From: a phage
Sequence record: NC_135731.1
Length of the DNA stretch: 64,000 nt
Reading direction: 5' to 3' (one strand)
Shown: positions 33,055 to 42,688 of the stretch, piece after piece
Position numbering within the stretch: the first letter of the stretch is position 1
Layout: the number at the start of each line of letters is the position of its first letter
The notes under the pieces: model-generated
The model's database searches: none
What the model was told of the DNA's origin: nothing
What the model saw: only the letters and a program-made list of their open reading frames with translations
Program-made: the position numbers and the translations under genes

Positions 33055-35127
33055 TTATGAGAAGTCTGGCGGGACAACATCTTCTACATACCCTTTCAGA
33101 GCAACCTGCCCCATATGAAGCACGGTAGAATCTCTGGCGGTAACAGTGATGCTGTCAGACATTACTTGCGGGTATGCCCACACATACTGTTTTACCTCAG
33201 GGTATCTATACTCTATGGTTGCCATGTTTCCGCAGATACATCTCCATAAAAATTCTTGGTAATTCCTGGTTGGGTCGTAGCCATATACCGGAGCAAGCTC
33301 TTTGCTAGGAACGAACCCTGCAAGGTATTGTATTTCAGACGGTTGCCAACCTAACTTAACGATAGGTATGTTTACAGACTCTTTTGCCTTTTCAATACCT
33401 CCCTGCATCACCCAATCGTAGCACTCGGTGCAGAAGAAATCAAGAGCACCTGCTTCCTTTTTATATTGGTCAGCAAGGTTCAGCTTTTGCGTAAGCTCGG
33501 TTTCCATGATGGTTGGGAAAAACAGCAAAGCTGTCATCTGAGCTGATGCAGCGTGTGCCTTTATTGCCTTTGAAATAGCCGCAATACGAGCGCCAAGCTT
33601 ACCACGACAAAATGCTACATACTTGTCGTAAACACCGCCAGTTTTAGGATCGTCAATAGTCCCAATATCTAATGCATACTCACCTGTCTCATCATAAAAC
33701 GCCTGCTTTGTAGGGTAATCATAAATACAAGGTCTACGAGTATCGGTATTGTACCACCACCACGGTTCACCAACCTGCATAATCACTGGCAGGTTGTTTC
33801 TCATAGCGGCTGATGCAAAATTCTTAAATACTGCAGTAAGGAAATTCATACCCTCTTCAATGGTTGGAGACAGGAGGTAGCTACAGGGTGTATACCCTGT
33901 TTTAGCGTAGTTATCGTTCCAGTCTCTTTGGGTCCATTCCAACGGGCAGGCATCGCTGAAAAGCTCAAAACTTACAGATTGCATAACGTCGAAGTTATGT
34001 CGTTTGGCATTGTACATAAAATCATCATGCCATTTATAAGCTGCAGCGTTTAGCGCCCCTGTTCTGTTTATAGACCATTGGGTTCCTGACCATGTGTAGT
34101 CATAATAATGACTCATACCAACATAATGGTTTATGGTTCCGGTATAGCCCAGACGCTTGATATTGTTCAACACCCTTAAAGGAGATACGTTCCACATATC
34201 GTCATATGCGGTGCAGATCCCAACGTCGTGCTCTTTAACCTGAATATTGTTAAGTTGCATCATTTTCCAACCCGTGTCTGGCTGAAGCAGATCTAGGCGC
34301 AACTCACACTCTACATTTTCCGTTCTCGGGTCTGTGCTATTACTTACCCAGTCTTTAGGCATAAGCGGTATTAAAATCCTTCTCACCTGCCGAGGATCAA
34401 CACCCATCATGTTGTTGTTCTGATCCATCCCGACGCAGTCCTCGAAATCAATATGAATCTCTGCAACATTCTTATCCTCTGAGATGCTGACAGCATATTG
34501 AGCTAAAGGAACATAGATGATTGTGCCATCAACAAGGTCTACAGTCATAATCATCTTTTCAGGAGTGGAGAAGTTGCTGGCATTGGTTATTGACATTCTG
34601 AACCAAAGCTTGGTGTTTCTCATCTCGTAGTGATCATCAAACCCAATACCGAAATGGTCATACTTGTCAACTGTTTCCCAAATGCACCCAGCCATACCTC
34701 CATATGTTCTTGACACTAAACGGTTAATACAACAGTTGTTATCTGCAACAATACAGGTACTTTCAGTCTGCTGAGTAGTTGTAACCCAATATCTTGGGTG
34801 AAACATTCTCTCCTCAACAGTATCCCAAGATATCCTGTCAAGATTCTCATCTGAAACTATTGTACATTTCGACCTTTGTGTTCCAATCATCACCCCTTGA
34901 GATTTTGATGAAAACTCCATAAAGAAGCTTCTTGGCAACCTGTTGGGTAATTTGTCAACAATTTCTACGGGGATCTCAATACTGGTTGCCCCAATTGGGA
35001 TAGTTACATCGCCCTCAACATGATTATAATCCCTACCAGGAACGGCAGTATCCTGAACTGTGCGGTAATGAAACTGTGCAGCCATTGTAGAGTAATCACG
35101 GTAAGGTTTAAAAACAGCTGTTGCCAT
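33055..35127 (-). CDS. tail-associated protein (690 aa), possibly carbohydrate-active
   Basis: Large ORF in the fibre cluster; N-terminal segment (GRDYNHVEGDVTIPIGATSIEIPVEIVDK) resembles Calx-beta-like modules; no catalytic motif confirmed. Confidence 0.35.
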   Translation of the reverse strand: MATAVFKPYRDYSTMAAQFHYRTVQDTAVPGRDYNHVEGDVTIPIGATSIEIPVEIVDKLPNRLPRSFFMEFSSKSQGVMIGTQRSKCTIVSDENLDRISWDTVEERMFHPRYWVTTTQQTESTCIVADNNCCINRLVSRTYGGMAGCIWETVDKYDHFGIGFDDHYEMRNTKLWFRMSITNASNFSTPEKMIMTVDLVDGTIIYVPLAQYAVSISEDKNVAEIHIDFEDCVGMDQNNNMMGVDPRQVRRILIPLMPKDWVSNSTDPRTENVECELRLDLLQPDTGWKMMQLNNIQVKEHDVGICTAYDDMWNVSPLRVLNNIKRLGYTGTINHYVGMSHYYDYTWSGTQWSINRTGALNAAAYKWHDDFMYNAKRHNFDVMQSVSFELFSDACPLEWTQRDWNDNYAKTGYTPCSYLLSPTIEEGMNFLTAVFKNFASAAMRNNLPVIMQVGEPWWWYNTDTRRPCIYDYPTKQAFYDETGEYALDIGTIDDPKTGGVYDKYVAFCRGKLGARIAAISKAIKAHAASAQMTALLFFPTIMETELTQKLNLADQYKKEAGALDFFCTECYDWVMQGGIEKAKESVNIPIVKLGWQPSEIQYLAGFVPSKELAPVYGYDPTRNYQEFLWRCICGNMATIEYRYPEVKQYVWAYPQVMSDSITVTARDSTVLHMGQVALKGYVEDVVPPDFS

Positions 35128-35813
35128 TAACCCTCCTGTCTAGTTGCGTTTACTGTAATACTTTCACAATAAATGGTTGTGGTGTCCCAATCAGGTCTTA
35201 CGTCAGGAACATATAGCAAAGTAGCCAGCCCACCAACTCCAAACTGGTTTTCTTCCCATACTGATCCGAAGCCAAGAGCTGTGGAGTCCCCTTCAAAACC
35301 AAAAGCTTGCCCTTGCGATTCTGTAAGACGCAAATGACAAGGCAATGGTAACATATCTAAGATCTGATCGATAGACTGCAATATGTCAAAGCAAGTTTTT
35401 CTAATATTTATGTCAAACCTGAAGTTGTCTCCTTTCCACGTATCGAAATTGTCTCTTCCGAACAATTGTCGCAAGGTGGAGATGACATCTTCGCGAGTCC
35501 CGCCCCTTGATGCTGCGGCCTGCTGAATAATTAGTGTGGCACGAAAATCAGCATCTGAAAGTCCATTCCTAAGAATACCAAGTTGATTACCAACTTCGTC
35601 AAGGTATCTTCCGCTGGCATTGTTAAGCAATCTTCCTTCAGCCAAACCTACCAGCATCTTATCAACATCCTCCAACCTTTTAAGGTATACGGTTAAGAAT
35701 GTGACTAAATTAACCTTCTCAGCCAGAAAATCTCCAGGTAGGTAGTCAAGACCTCCCTGAACAAAATCTGGCAGAGTGTGGATGTGGTTAACATCCGACT
35801 TAATCTCTGCCAT
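35127..35813 (-). CDS. putative tail or baseplate structural protein (228 aa)
   Basis: Position between structural genes with stop/start overlap; no motif recognised. Confidence 0.4.
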   Translation of the reverse strand: MAEIKSDVNHIHTLPDFVQGGLDYLPGDFLAEKVNLVTFLTVYLKRLEDVDKMLVGLAEGRLLNNASGRYLDEVGNQLGILRNGLSDADFRATLIIQQAAASRGGTREDVISTLRQLFGRDNFDTWKGDNFRFDINIRKTCFDILQSIDQILDMLPLPCHLRLTESQGQAFGFEGDSTALGFGSVWEENQFGVGGLATLLYVPDVRPDWDTTTIYCESITVNATRQEG

Positions 35814-35824
35814 ATCTCGCCGCC

Positions 35825-37315
35825 TTAAATAGTTTGTTGGAAAGTTATATTACTTTCATCGAGGTCAAACACCTCGGTCATGTTTGCAACAATATCGTTT
35901 GCAGTGTAAGCTTCATCGGAAGCCCCCACAGGCTTAACTTGAATTACCAGTCTATTAAATCTACCTATCGACACAGCAGCTGATGCAGCACCAACCAATT
36001 GGATATTGTACAACGTATCTGCAACATCCAGTCCGTTAACAACCTGCAAAAGAGCCTCTACAATGGCATCTTTTTCGGTTGTGGAAAGCGCAGCACCGGA
36101 GTAGGTAATTCTTACATCCAAACGGTAGGTATTTGCCTTGGAATAATAAATTCTTTCAGTTTGACCGTCAGATGTAGTTACATCGTAGAAAATATTACCA
36201 TAAGTCCTGTTCGTACAGGCTATAGTTTGGTAAAGTGCTTGGCAAATGTCCTCCGTTGCACCACCAAACACAACCACTTGGAACTTGTAAGGAGGTATAC
36301 CTTTAGCATCAGTTTTATCGGTATTGTTAGAGAACACTCTCACTTTCTCAACACCTTTCACCTCGCTTACAGCGCTAAGGATTGCAGGACGGGTAGCCTT
36401 AGATGTTAACTGTTTTGTGCTGGAAGCTCTTAAGCGATACTCTGAGTCTTTCTCAACATCCCTGCCCTCATTGAATCTTTCTCTGTTGGTAAGCTTGATA
36501 AATCCACTGGGAGTAGGCGACATTGTTGTCACGGTTTCTGCCTCTCTTGACAGCTCACCAGCCTCGTTAGCTATAACATCTAGGGTGATAGTTCTTTCCC
36601 CTACAATCGGGGATACTCTGAAATCTACCCTACTATTAAGTCCAACTTGATCAAGATTCGAATTGTAACCTATCCACAACGTTCCTGTCAACATATCGAT
36701 CTGAATCAAATCGTCGTTCAACAGGGTTGTATTATCGACAATGAATTGCTTAATCTCTCCGTAAAAGCTTGGCAGATCAGAAGAGTCCAGAGCCTTATCT
36801 GTTAAAACCAAACTTTTTGTTTTGATACTTCCATCTGTCTGGTTGGTAATTTGAAAGTTGTATTTACCAATCCTTAGGTCTGGAGCATTTATTCTGTGGG
36901 CAATAAGATTCCCTGCCACTTGAACATCATTGCTAAGAACAAAGTTGCCACTATCCAGCGTATAAGTTTTGGAATCATAAATCATATTGTACGGCACAGT
37001 TGTGTTGATCGTCAACTGGCAGGTACCTGATGATTTAGAACGGCCTCTTCGGTAAATACCCTGCCTTCCAAGAAGTTCGTCTAGGTAAATACCTTCTGCC
37101 CCATACAGCGTCTGCGATGCGTATACAGATGCTGCCATAAGAATAAGTTGATACTCTCGCTCGTTGAAGATAGTGGTCAGCTTATCTGCAACGGAGTTAC
37201 TCTGTACGTTGAAGTTTTCGCCAAAAGCACGGATCAGGCTTTGCTTAGTTTCAACGATTAGGTCATTTAGGGTTGGTATAACGAAACCAGCCTCTGTCAA
37301 TCCATACTTAGCCAC
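35825..37315 (-). CDS. putative tail or baseplate structural protein (496 aa)
   Basis: GTG start at 37313-37315 with perfect GGAGGA RBS; first gene after a promoter/terminator pair. Confidence 0.45.
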   Translation of the reverse strand: MAKYGLTEAGFVIPTLNDLIVETKQSLIRAFGENFNVQSNSVADKLTTIFNEREYQLILMAASVYASQTLYGAEGIYLDELLGRQGIYRRGRSKSSGTCQLTINTTVPYNMIYDSKTYTLDSGNFVLSNDVQVAGNLIAHRINAPDLRIGKYNFQITNQTDGSIKTKSLVLTDKALDSSDLPSFYGEIKQFIVDNTTLLNDDLIQIDMLTGTLWIGYNSNLDQVGLNSRVDFRVSPIVGERTITLDVIANEAGELSREAETVTTMSPTPSGFIKLTNRERFNEGRDVEKDSEYRLRASSTKQLTSKATRPAILSAVSEVKGVEKVRVFSNNTDKTDAKGIPPYKFQVVVFGGATEDICQALYQTIACTNRTYGNIFYDVTTSDGQTERIYYSKANTYRLDVRITYSGAALSTTEKDAIVEALLQVVNGLDVADTLYNIQLVGAASAAVSIGRFNRLVIQVKPVGASDEAYTANDIVANMTEVFDLDESNITFQQTI

Positions 37316-37348
37316 GTCACTCCTCCGGTATGAAAATCTCTACAAGGT

Positions 37349-37377
37349 ATTTTACCAAATTTTGTAACAATAGTCAA
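37349..37377 (-). promoter_or_regulatory. sigma70-type promoter with extended -10 (TTGACT-17 nt-TGG-TAAAAT)
   Basis: Minus-sense -35 TTGACT (plus 37372-37377) and -10 TAAAAT (plus 37349-37354) preceded by TGG; about 33 nt upstream of the GTG start at 37315. Confidence 0.5.
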
Positions 37378-37384
37378 TCTGAGC

Positions 37385-37412
37385 ATAAAAATAAACCCCG
37401 CCGAAGCGGGGG
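37385..37412 (-). terminator. rho-independent terminator after the gpJ-like gene
   Basis: CCCCGC-CGAA-GCGGGG hairpin followed on the minus strand by TTTATTTTT, 10 nt after the stop at 37422. Confidence 0.7.
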
Positions 37413-37421
37413 CTTTAAAGG

Positions 37422-40400
37422 TTAGTCGTGAGACTCGTTCCAAGGTCCCTGGAAGCTTGAGTTAGAACGACTAACGATCACAGTGGGACAGGAGATTGTG
37501 ACACTTGTCACGTTTGACGTTGACCACGGGGTGTAGATTTCAATAATAATGTCTATAGTTTGTTCACCTAGACCTGTTATCCCAATTGCACACATGCCAT
37601 CGTTGTCGTTTCCGTACTTCTTGCCAGCAAGGAGTTGATGACCAGCTATCCACGCATTTAGTTGGGAGTTGGCACGAGTACCTTTCAGTTTAAAGAAGAA
37701 TGTTACGTTCTTACCTTGACCTGAAACGTTATCTACGTATCTCCACCTCCAACGGCAAACCCTCTGCTGGGAGTTATGCACTGGAGCACAATCTCCGTAA
37801 GTCCTGTGTGCAACAATTGCACCTTCGAACTGGTTAGCACGGATAACAGAAGCTTCTACACGACCACGGAATGTACCTCCGGTTGCATCTATGGTACCTC
37901 TAAAGCTACCATTATTGGCATAAACATCTCCACGGAAGGTACCACTAGTGGCATTAACTGCCCCTGTGAAGTTACCAGAACTGGCGTTGATGTTGCCTTT
38001 CACCCACACATCCATAAATTGGGCATGCCCGTTCTTGTTAATATACCAACCGTATTTATGGTACCCGTTGCCATCGTAGTTGTTTGACGAAATTTCTTGT
38101 GCGATCTTGGCAGAGGAGATCGTGCCATTCTCTATAAAAGCGTCTTTCAAGAACGCTTGGTTGTTCTTGATTGCGAAAGCAAGGGTTGCTGTTCCATTTC
38201 CGGGGTTATATACCGCAAAGTTGTTTGCACTAACCATGAAGTATGATTGAACTTGTCCTCCAGACCCCTCCATGCCCAGCTGGATACCTGCCACATATTT
38301 ATTACCATGGCTGTCAACCTGAATCTTAGCTCCCCACTGAGCATCTATTTTACCCTCAAGTGTTGTTACAGCTTTAGAGGTATTAGATACTGTAGCCCTG
38401 AGCTCATCAATATTACCCATTTCGTCAACAATTTCTTGTTTTGCAGAGGTAAGTTCTTGACGGATCGCTGTGGCTGTATTATTAACAAGATCAACTGTTG
38501 TACTATTAGTTTCTTGAATAGATGCTTGCAGATTGGCAACCTCTTTCTGCACATCATCTTCCAGCTTGGTGATCTTCCCTGTAGCTGCCACCAGATCCTG
38601 CTTAATAGCTTCCGTTGTCTTATTTAGCAGATCGGTTGTTGCCTTGTTGGTTTCTTGAATAGAGGAGTTAAGTTTGCTCTCAGTGTTCTTCAACTCTTCC
38701 CGCAGAGTACCTTGAGTTGCAGTTATTTGCTCACTCAATGCTTGAGTTTTACGATTAACGAGATCAACGGTTGATCTATTTGTTGTCTCGATTAGTGACC
38801 CAAGCCTACCAGACTCTGCTGCAAGTTTATCGTCAAAGGATTGCTGAGCTGCTACCAGCTTACTGTTAAGGGCAGAAATTTCTCCATTAACCCCTGTAAA
38901 TTTTTCTGTCGTCTCTCTGACAACACCCTCTATTGTATCCCCAAGCTCTTCAAAAATGCTAGTAACACGGTCATTGACTGCACCAACATTTTTATCCATT
39001 TCCTTGACTGCATTATCAAGATTGGCGGTAAGCTCTTTATAAGTCTCTGTCTTTTTGAACTCAGCATCAATCTGTGGCATAAGATCTTCTATGGATGTGT
39101 AACAGCGGGCTGCACACTCCACAAAAGCAGATGAACCAAAAGCATTTGTTGTCCTGATATACCAGTAATAAATCTTATCGTTCTGCAGACCTTCAGATGT
39201 CCAAGTTGAACCAACACCCATACGAGTGGCTTTTGAAGTAACTGTTACATCACTGGTATCTGGCAATCTTGTCATCCCAGATGTCCAAAAGTCGTACTGG
39301 GTGCTTACACTAGCCAAGTCTCTGCTGTGCGGGATCAGGGTAATAGCAAAGTATCCCTGTTTAACCTCCACAGAAACAGGAGCTTCAGGTGCCTGAATGT
39401 TGAACTCACAATATGCTTCCGGAGATACGCCACCTTTATAAGATGTTGCAACCACGGTTGCTGTGTATGACCCCTTGGTCAAGCCTTCTACTCTGACAAA
39501 CTGCTCAACTGTTTGTGCTGTCCAAACAATCTCTCCGTTCTTTCTTACCTGCACAATATTTTGAGCGTAGGTCCCAACGTTGTCCCAAGCCAAAACACCG
39601 TGAGTTACTTCTCCAGCTTGGAGAACGGAATATCTGAAGTTTTGCGGTTGAGCTATACCAGATGGAGATATTGGAATATCTACATCACCAGAATCCGGAA
39701 GTTGACCCGTGGCATCATTCCACTCTTTAGCATCTTGACGAAGTTTTACCTTGACGCCACCCTTTTTGGTAAACTCCCATTCAAGAACTCTCATTTCTTG
39801 GCCCACTATACCAATACTTGGGAGGTCCATCGTAACGTAACGACCAGGTTTAAATTTGAAACCTCGCATATTGCAGGTGACTTCAATAATCCTACCAGCT
39901 CTGGCACGTCTTAGGAAGATTGCAGAAACACGCTGAGCTTGATAAGGACTGGTAACAAAACGATAGTCTATATCGATTATCTTTCTTTCTCCATCCTTCT
40001 CTATCCACTCTGGGACAAACACTGATGGAAAATCTGTTTCAGAATATCCTTTGGTCGGACTAGTGAATCTGCCAGTTATTGTGTTGGATCTTTTGTCAAA
40101 TGAGGCTTCCGGATAGATCTTTACCTCACCACAGACACAATCCTCACTCAGTGTCATTGTTGCCGGGCCATAGTATGCACCAACCAGCAAACCATACTTA
40201 CCAGCTACATAGCTGAGATCTGCGCCACAAGCTTTCAGCATTTCTGCCATAATACTTGCTGGTGCCTCATCCATATCGAACTCGCCATTAATTGTGTAAC
40301 GGCGCTCACTGGTTCCGTCTGCGTTTTTTACCTCCTCGTCACATATGTTGGCAGCCTCCTTGAAGGACTCCCAGTTGATGGTTTCGTCAGGACATTTAAG

Positions 40401-41021
40401 GTATGTTCTTAAATAGTCCAGAATCACTAAGGCCGCGTTATTGGTATACACCTCTTTACTGATGCGAGGGTCATAGCATTTTTTACCAACCTTGACCAGT
40501 GTAACGTTTGGCAACCCAAAAGGAAACTTATTAGGGTCAAACTTGAAGCTGGCACGCAGCCAACTGATCCCTCTACCTATCATATCTGGTGACCACGATG
40601 GGCAGTGTGTACCCATGAAAGGATCAGATGTTTTTCTGTCGTTATGTAGCTCCCACGATACCAGATCTCCATACGAGGAAATAGGATTACCGTCGATGAG
40701 TATGTCTTCTATACCTTCCAGAGGATGATTAGCAAGAACAATGGCACAATGGAGGGTTCTGTCTCTGTCCTGCTCCAAAAACGCAAGCAGCCCAGACGTG
40801 CGTGTCTTTCCATACACTACAGAGCAGGGTGCAGCAGAAGATCTGAGAAGCTTTTGTCTATCTTGCTGACTTCTGTAAGATTTGTTGCCCTCAAAAATCT
40901 TATCCAGAGTTCTGGTGGTAACAGTGTTCAGGCTGTCAGCCAGAGCTGCCTTGGATGCGTTCCAGTCATAGCTTGAAGATCTTGCAGAAGCAACGATGTT
41001 ATCAATCATTGCAATTGGCAT
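37422..41021 (-). CDS. lambda gpJ-like protein (tip attachment / host specificity family, with fibronectin III-like region)
   Basis: Several segments track recalled lambda gpJ: GYFAITLIPH vs GYFQITATPH; YYWYIRTTNAFGSSAFVE vs YYFYIRSVNTVGKSAFVE; NKYVAGIQLGMEGSGG...NNFAVYNPGNGTAT vs KHYVAGIGLSMEDTEEG...NRIAFIDPANGNET; N-terminal WESFKEAANICDE resembles the gpJ hub region. Confidence 0.75.
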   Translation of the reverse strand: MPIAMIDNIVASARSSSYDWNASKAALADSLNTVTTRTLDKIFEGNKSYRSQQDRQKLLRSSAAPCSVVYGKTRTSGLLAFLEQDRDRTLHCAIVLANHPLEGIEDILIDGNPISSYGDLVSWELHNDRKTSDPFMGTHCPSWSPDMIGRGISWLRASFKFDPNKFPFGLPNVTLVKVGKKCYDPRISKEVYTNNAALVILDYLRTYLKCPDETINWESFKEAANICDEEVKNADGTSERRYTINGEFDMDEAPASIMAEMLKACGADLSYVAGKYGLLVGAYYGPATMTLSEDCVCGEVKIYPEASFDKRSNTITGRFTSPTKGYSETDFPSVFVPEWIEKDGERKIIDIDYRFVTSPYQAQRVSAIFLRRARAGRIIEVTCNMRGFKFKPGRYVTMDLPSIGIVGQEMRVLEWEFTKKGGVKVKLRQDAKEWNDATGQLPDSGDVDIPISPSGIAQPQNFRYSVLQAGEVTHGVLAWDNVGTYAQNIVQVRKNGEIVWTAQTVEQFVRVEGLTKGSYTATVVATSYKGGVSPEAYCEFNIQAPEAPVSVEVKQGYFAITLIPHSRDLASVSTQYDFWTSGMTRLPDTSDVTVTSKATRMGVGSTWTSEGLQNDKIYYWYIRTTNAFGSSAFVECAARCYTSIEDLMPQIDAEFKKTETYKELTANLDNAVKEMDKNVGAVNDRVTSIFEELGDTIEGVVRETTEKFTGVNGEISALNSKLVAAQQSFDDKLAAESGRLGSLIETTNRSTVDLVNRKTQALSEQITATQGTLREELKNTESKLNSSIQETNKATTDLLNKTTEAIKQDLVAATGKITKLEDDVQKEVANLQASIQETNSTTVDLVNNTATAIRQELTSAKQEIVDEMGNIDELRATVSNTSKAVTTLEGKIDAQWGAKIQVDSHGNKYVAGIQLGMEGSGGQVQSYFMVSANNFAVYNPGNGTATLAFAIKNNQAFLKDAFIENGTISSAKIAQEISSNNYDGNGYHKYGWYINKNGHAQFMDVWVKGNINASSGNFTGAVNATSGTFRGDVYANNGSFRGTIDATGGTFRGRVEASVIRANQFEGAIVAHRTYGDCAPVHNSQQRVCRWRWRYVDNVSGQGKNVTFFFKLKGTRANSQLNAWIAGHQLLAGKKYGNDNDGMCAIGITGLGEQTIDIIIEIYTPWSTSNVTSVTISCPTVIVSRSNSSFQGPWNESHD

Positions 41022-41458
41022 TAATACCTCCAGACATCAACAACGATAGAATCTTTCATGTCGAACATAAAGACCCCTTTATCACCTTTCGCCCAAATCT
41101 GGTTGTTCCAGAACACACCAGCGGTGAGCCCGTTCAGACCCTCGAAGATAACAATATCGCCACGCTGAACCTGTTTAGGAGTATCTAGTCGAGTCATAAA
41201 GAGATCAAAAATAGTAGGTAGGTGTGTGGTTTTGAAACGGAGCATGCACCATCTTTTGCTTTCCAACTCTGTTTTATACGTTCCTTCGAAGTTAGAAAGA
41301 AAATCTGTTCCGTATTGGGCATCAACACACTTGGCTGCAAAGGTGCAACAATCGTGGAATCCCCATTCAAAAGGTATGGTGGCCTCTTCGTCAAACACTT
41401 TCCACAATCTTTCTTGCCAATCTACTAAACGAGGATGTGTGCTCATTAAACCTCCCAA
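41021..41458 (-). CDS. putative tail-tip assembly protein (145 aa)
   Basis: One of three short genes directly upstream of the gpJ-like gene, a position occupied in lambda by tip-assembly genes; contains a Cys motif FHDCCTF; assignment is positional only. Confidence 0.3.
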   Translation of the reverse strand: MGGLMSTHPRLVDWQERLWKVFDEEATIPFEWGFHDCCTFAAKCVDAQYGTDFLSNFEGTYKTELESKRWCMLRFKTTHLPTIFDLFMTRLDTPKQVQRGDIVIFEGLNGLTAGVFWNNQIWAKGDKGVFMFDMKDSIVVDVWRY

Positions 41459-42012
41459 ATGATCGGGCGGCTCGCCACCTGATCCACATATTTAAAAAAT
41501 CTGTCATTATCGTTTCTTGAGCTGTGGCTTTCCTCCGTGTACCGATAAGGAAAACCTCTTAACCAACTGTTGAAGATGGAAGAGATGGATATGGACAAAG
41601 CACTATTCTCACCTGTCTGAATAGCCATATCTGTTATAAGTCCGTCAAACAAGCCATTGGTTGTAACAGGCAGACCATTCTCCATAGCGGTAATGTACAA
41701 CGTGGCACGACAACCAGAATACTCCGTCTTCAGTAGATCACCAACATACTTAGGATCAAACCCGTTCAATGTTGCTACCACAGATCCGAAGTTGGTGGCA
41801 TCTTTCTCAGACACAGCAGTTAATGTTGCTGATCCACCTATCCCTATAAAATGTTGCCCCTCAATTACTACAACACCAGTGCCTGAGCACACCCTGACAG
41901 TCCCTGTCGGTAGCTCTAGCTTTGCAGCAATTAAGATCTCAACACCATCAAGCTCCAGCTTCTCAAGAAATAAATTATCTAATGGCGCTCTGATCATCTT
42001 AGAAATCCTCAA
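41446..42012 (-). CDS. putative minor tail protein (188 aa)
   Basis: Positional call, second gene upstream of the gpJ-like gene; no direct motif match. Confidence 0.3.
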   Translation of the reverse strand: MRISKMIRAPLDNLFLEKLELDGVEILIAAKLELPTGTVRVCSGTGVVVIEGQHFIGIGGSATLTAVSEKDATNFGSVVATLNGFDPKYVGDLLKTEYSGCRATLYITAMENGLPVTTNGLFDGLITDMAIQTGENSALSISISSIFNSWLRGFPYRYTEESHSSRNDNDRFFKYVDQVASRPIIWEV

Positions 42013-42589
42013 AGAAGGTGATAACTATATTATCACCTTTTTGCATAGCATCGACTTTTTGCTTAATTTTATAAATATCTCTGATATGAAACCTACCCTT
42101 TGGGGATTGAGTTATTATCTTCATAGTATCCCCTGCGGCAATAGGTTTTCTAAGTCTTGGAGATATGCTTATAACAGCAGACCCAACACCATCGCTGCGC
42201 ACTGGAGCTGTTACCACTTTCAACTCATCATTGACAGATATTTTATCCCCAGCTCTGGCTATGTCTCTGTTTGGCTCCCACCCAACCGTCTTCAAAAAAT
42301 CGTCGTTACCGGTAGGCCCAAGGGCGATTGGCTCATTAGCTGTAACTGAGTGACCGTAAGTTTTAATAAGAAAGATGTTTCCATCTTTATACACCTGATC
42401 AACAAAACTCTTAAGTTCCAGCAGCTGAGACTCGCTGATATTTGAAACCGTCAGAGTGCCTTTCCAGTTAGGTGTGGCATAGGTTACTTTTTGCGTTTTA
42501 CCTGTAAACGGACTTTTAAACGTAACAATATCTGCCAGCAGCTCCAATCTAATATCTGGAAGATATCTAGGCCTTTCCCATAAAAACAT
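41999..42589 (-). CDS. putative minor tail protein (196 aa)
   Basis: First gene after a promoter/terminator pair; GGAGG RBS; positional call only. Confidence 0.3.
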   Translation of the reverse strand: MFLWERPRYLPDIRLELLADIVTFKSPFTGKTQKVTYATPNWKGTLTVSNISESQLLELKSFVDQVYKDGNIFLIKTYGHSVTANEPIALGPTGNDDFLKTVGWEPNRDIARAGDKISVNDELKVVTAPVRSDGVGSAVISISPRLRKPIAAGDTMKIITQSPKGRFHIRDIYKIKQKVDAMQKGDNIVITFFEDF

Positions 42590-42620
42590 TGTGCCTCCAG
42601 GTTAAACAATCATGATAGTT

Positions 42621-42649
42621 ATTTTACCAGATTTTAAGTTAATACGCAA
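42621..42649 (-). promoter_or_regulatory. putative promoter with extended -10 (TTGCGT-17 nt-TGG-TAAAAT)
   Basis: Minus-sense -10 TAAAAT (plus 42621-42626) preceded by TGG, about 31 nt upstream of the ATG at 42589; weak -35. Confidence 0.45.
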
Positions 42650-42650
42650 T

Positions 42651-42681
42651 ACAAACAAAAAGCCCCCGCCGAAGCGAGGGC
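42651..42681 (-). terminator. rho-independent terminator after the long fibre gene
   Basis: Hairpin CCCTCGC-TTCG-GCGGGGG followed by CTTTTTGTTTGT on the minus strand, 8 nt after the stop at 42689. Confidence 0.65.
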
Positions 42682-42688
42682 AAAACAG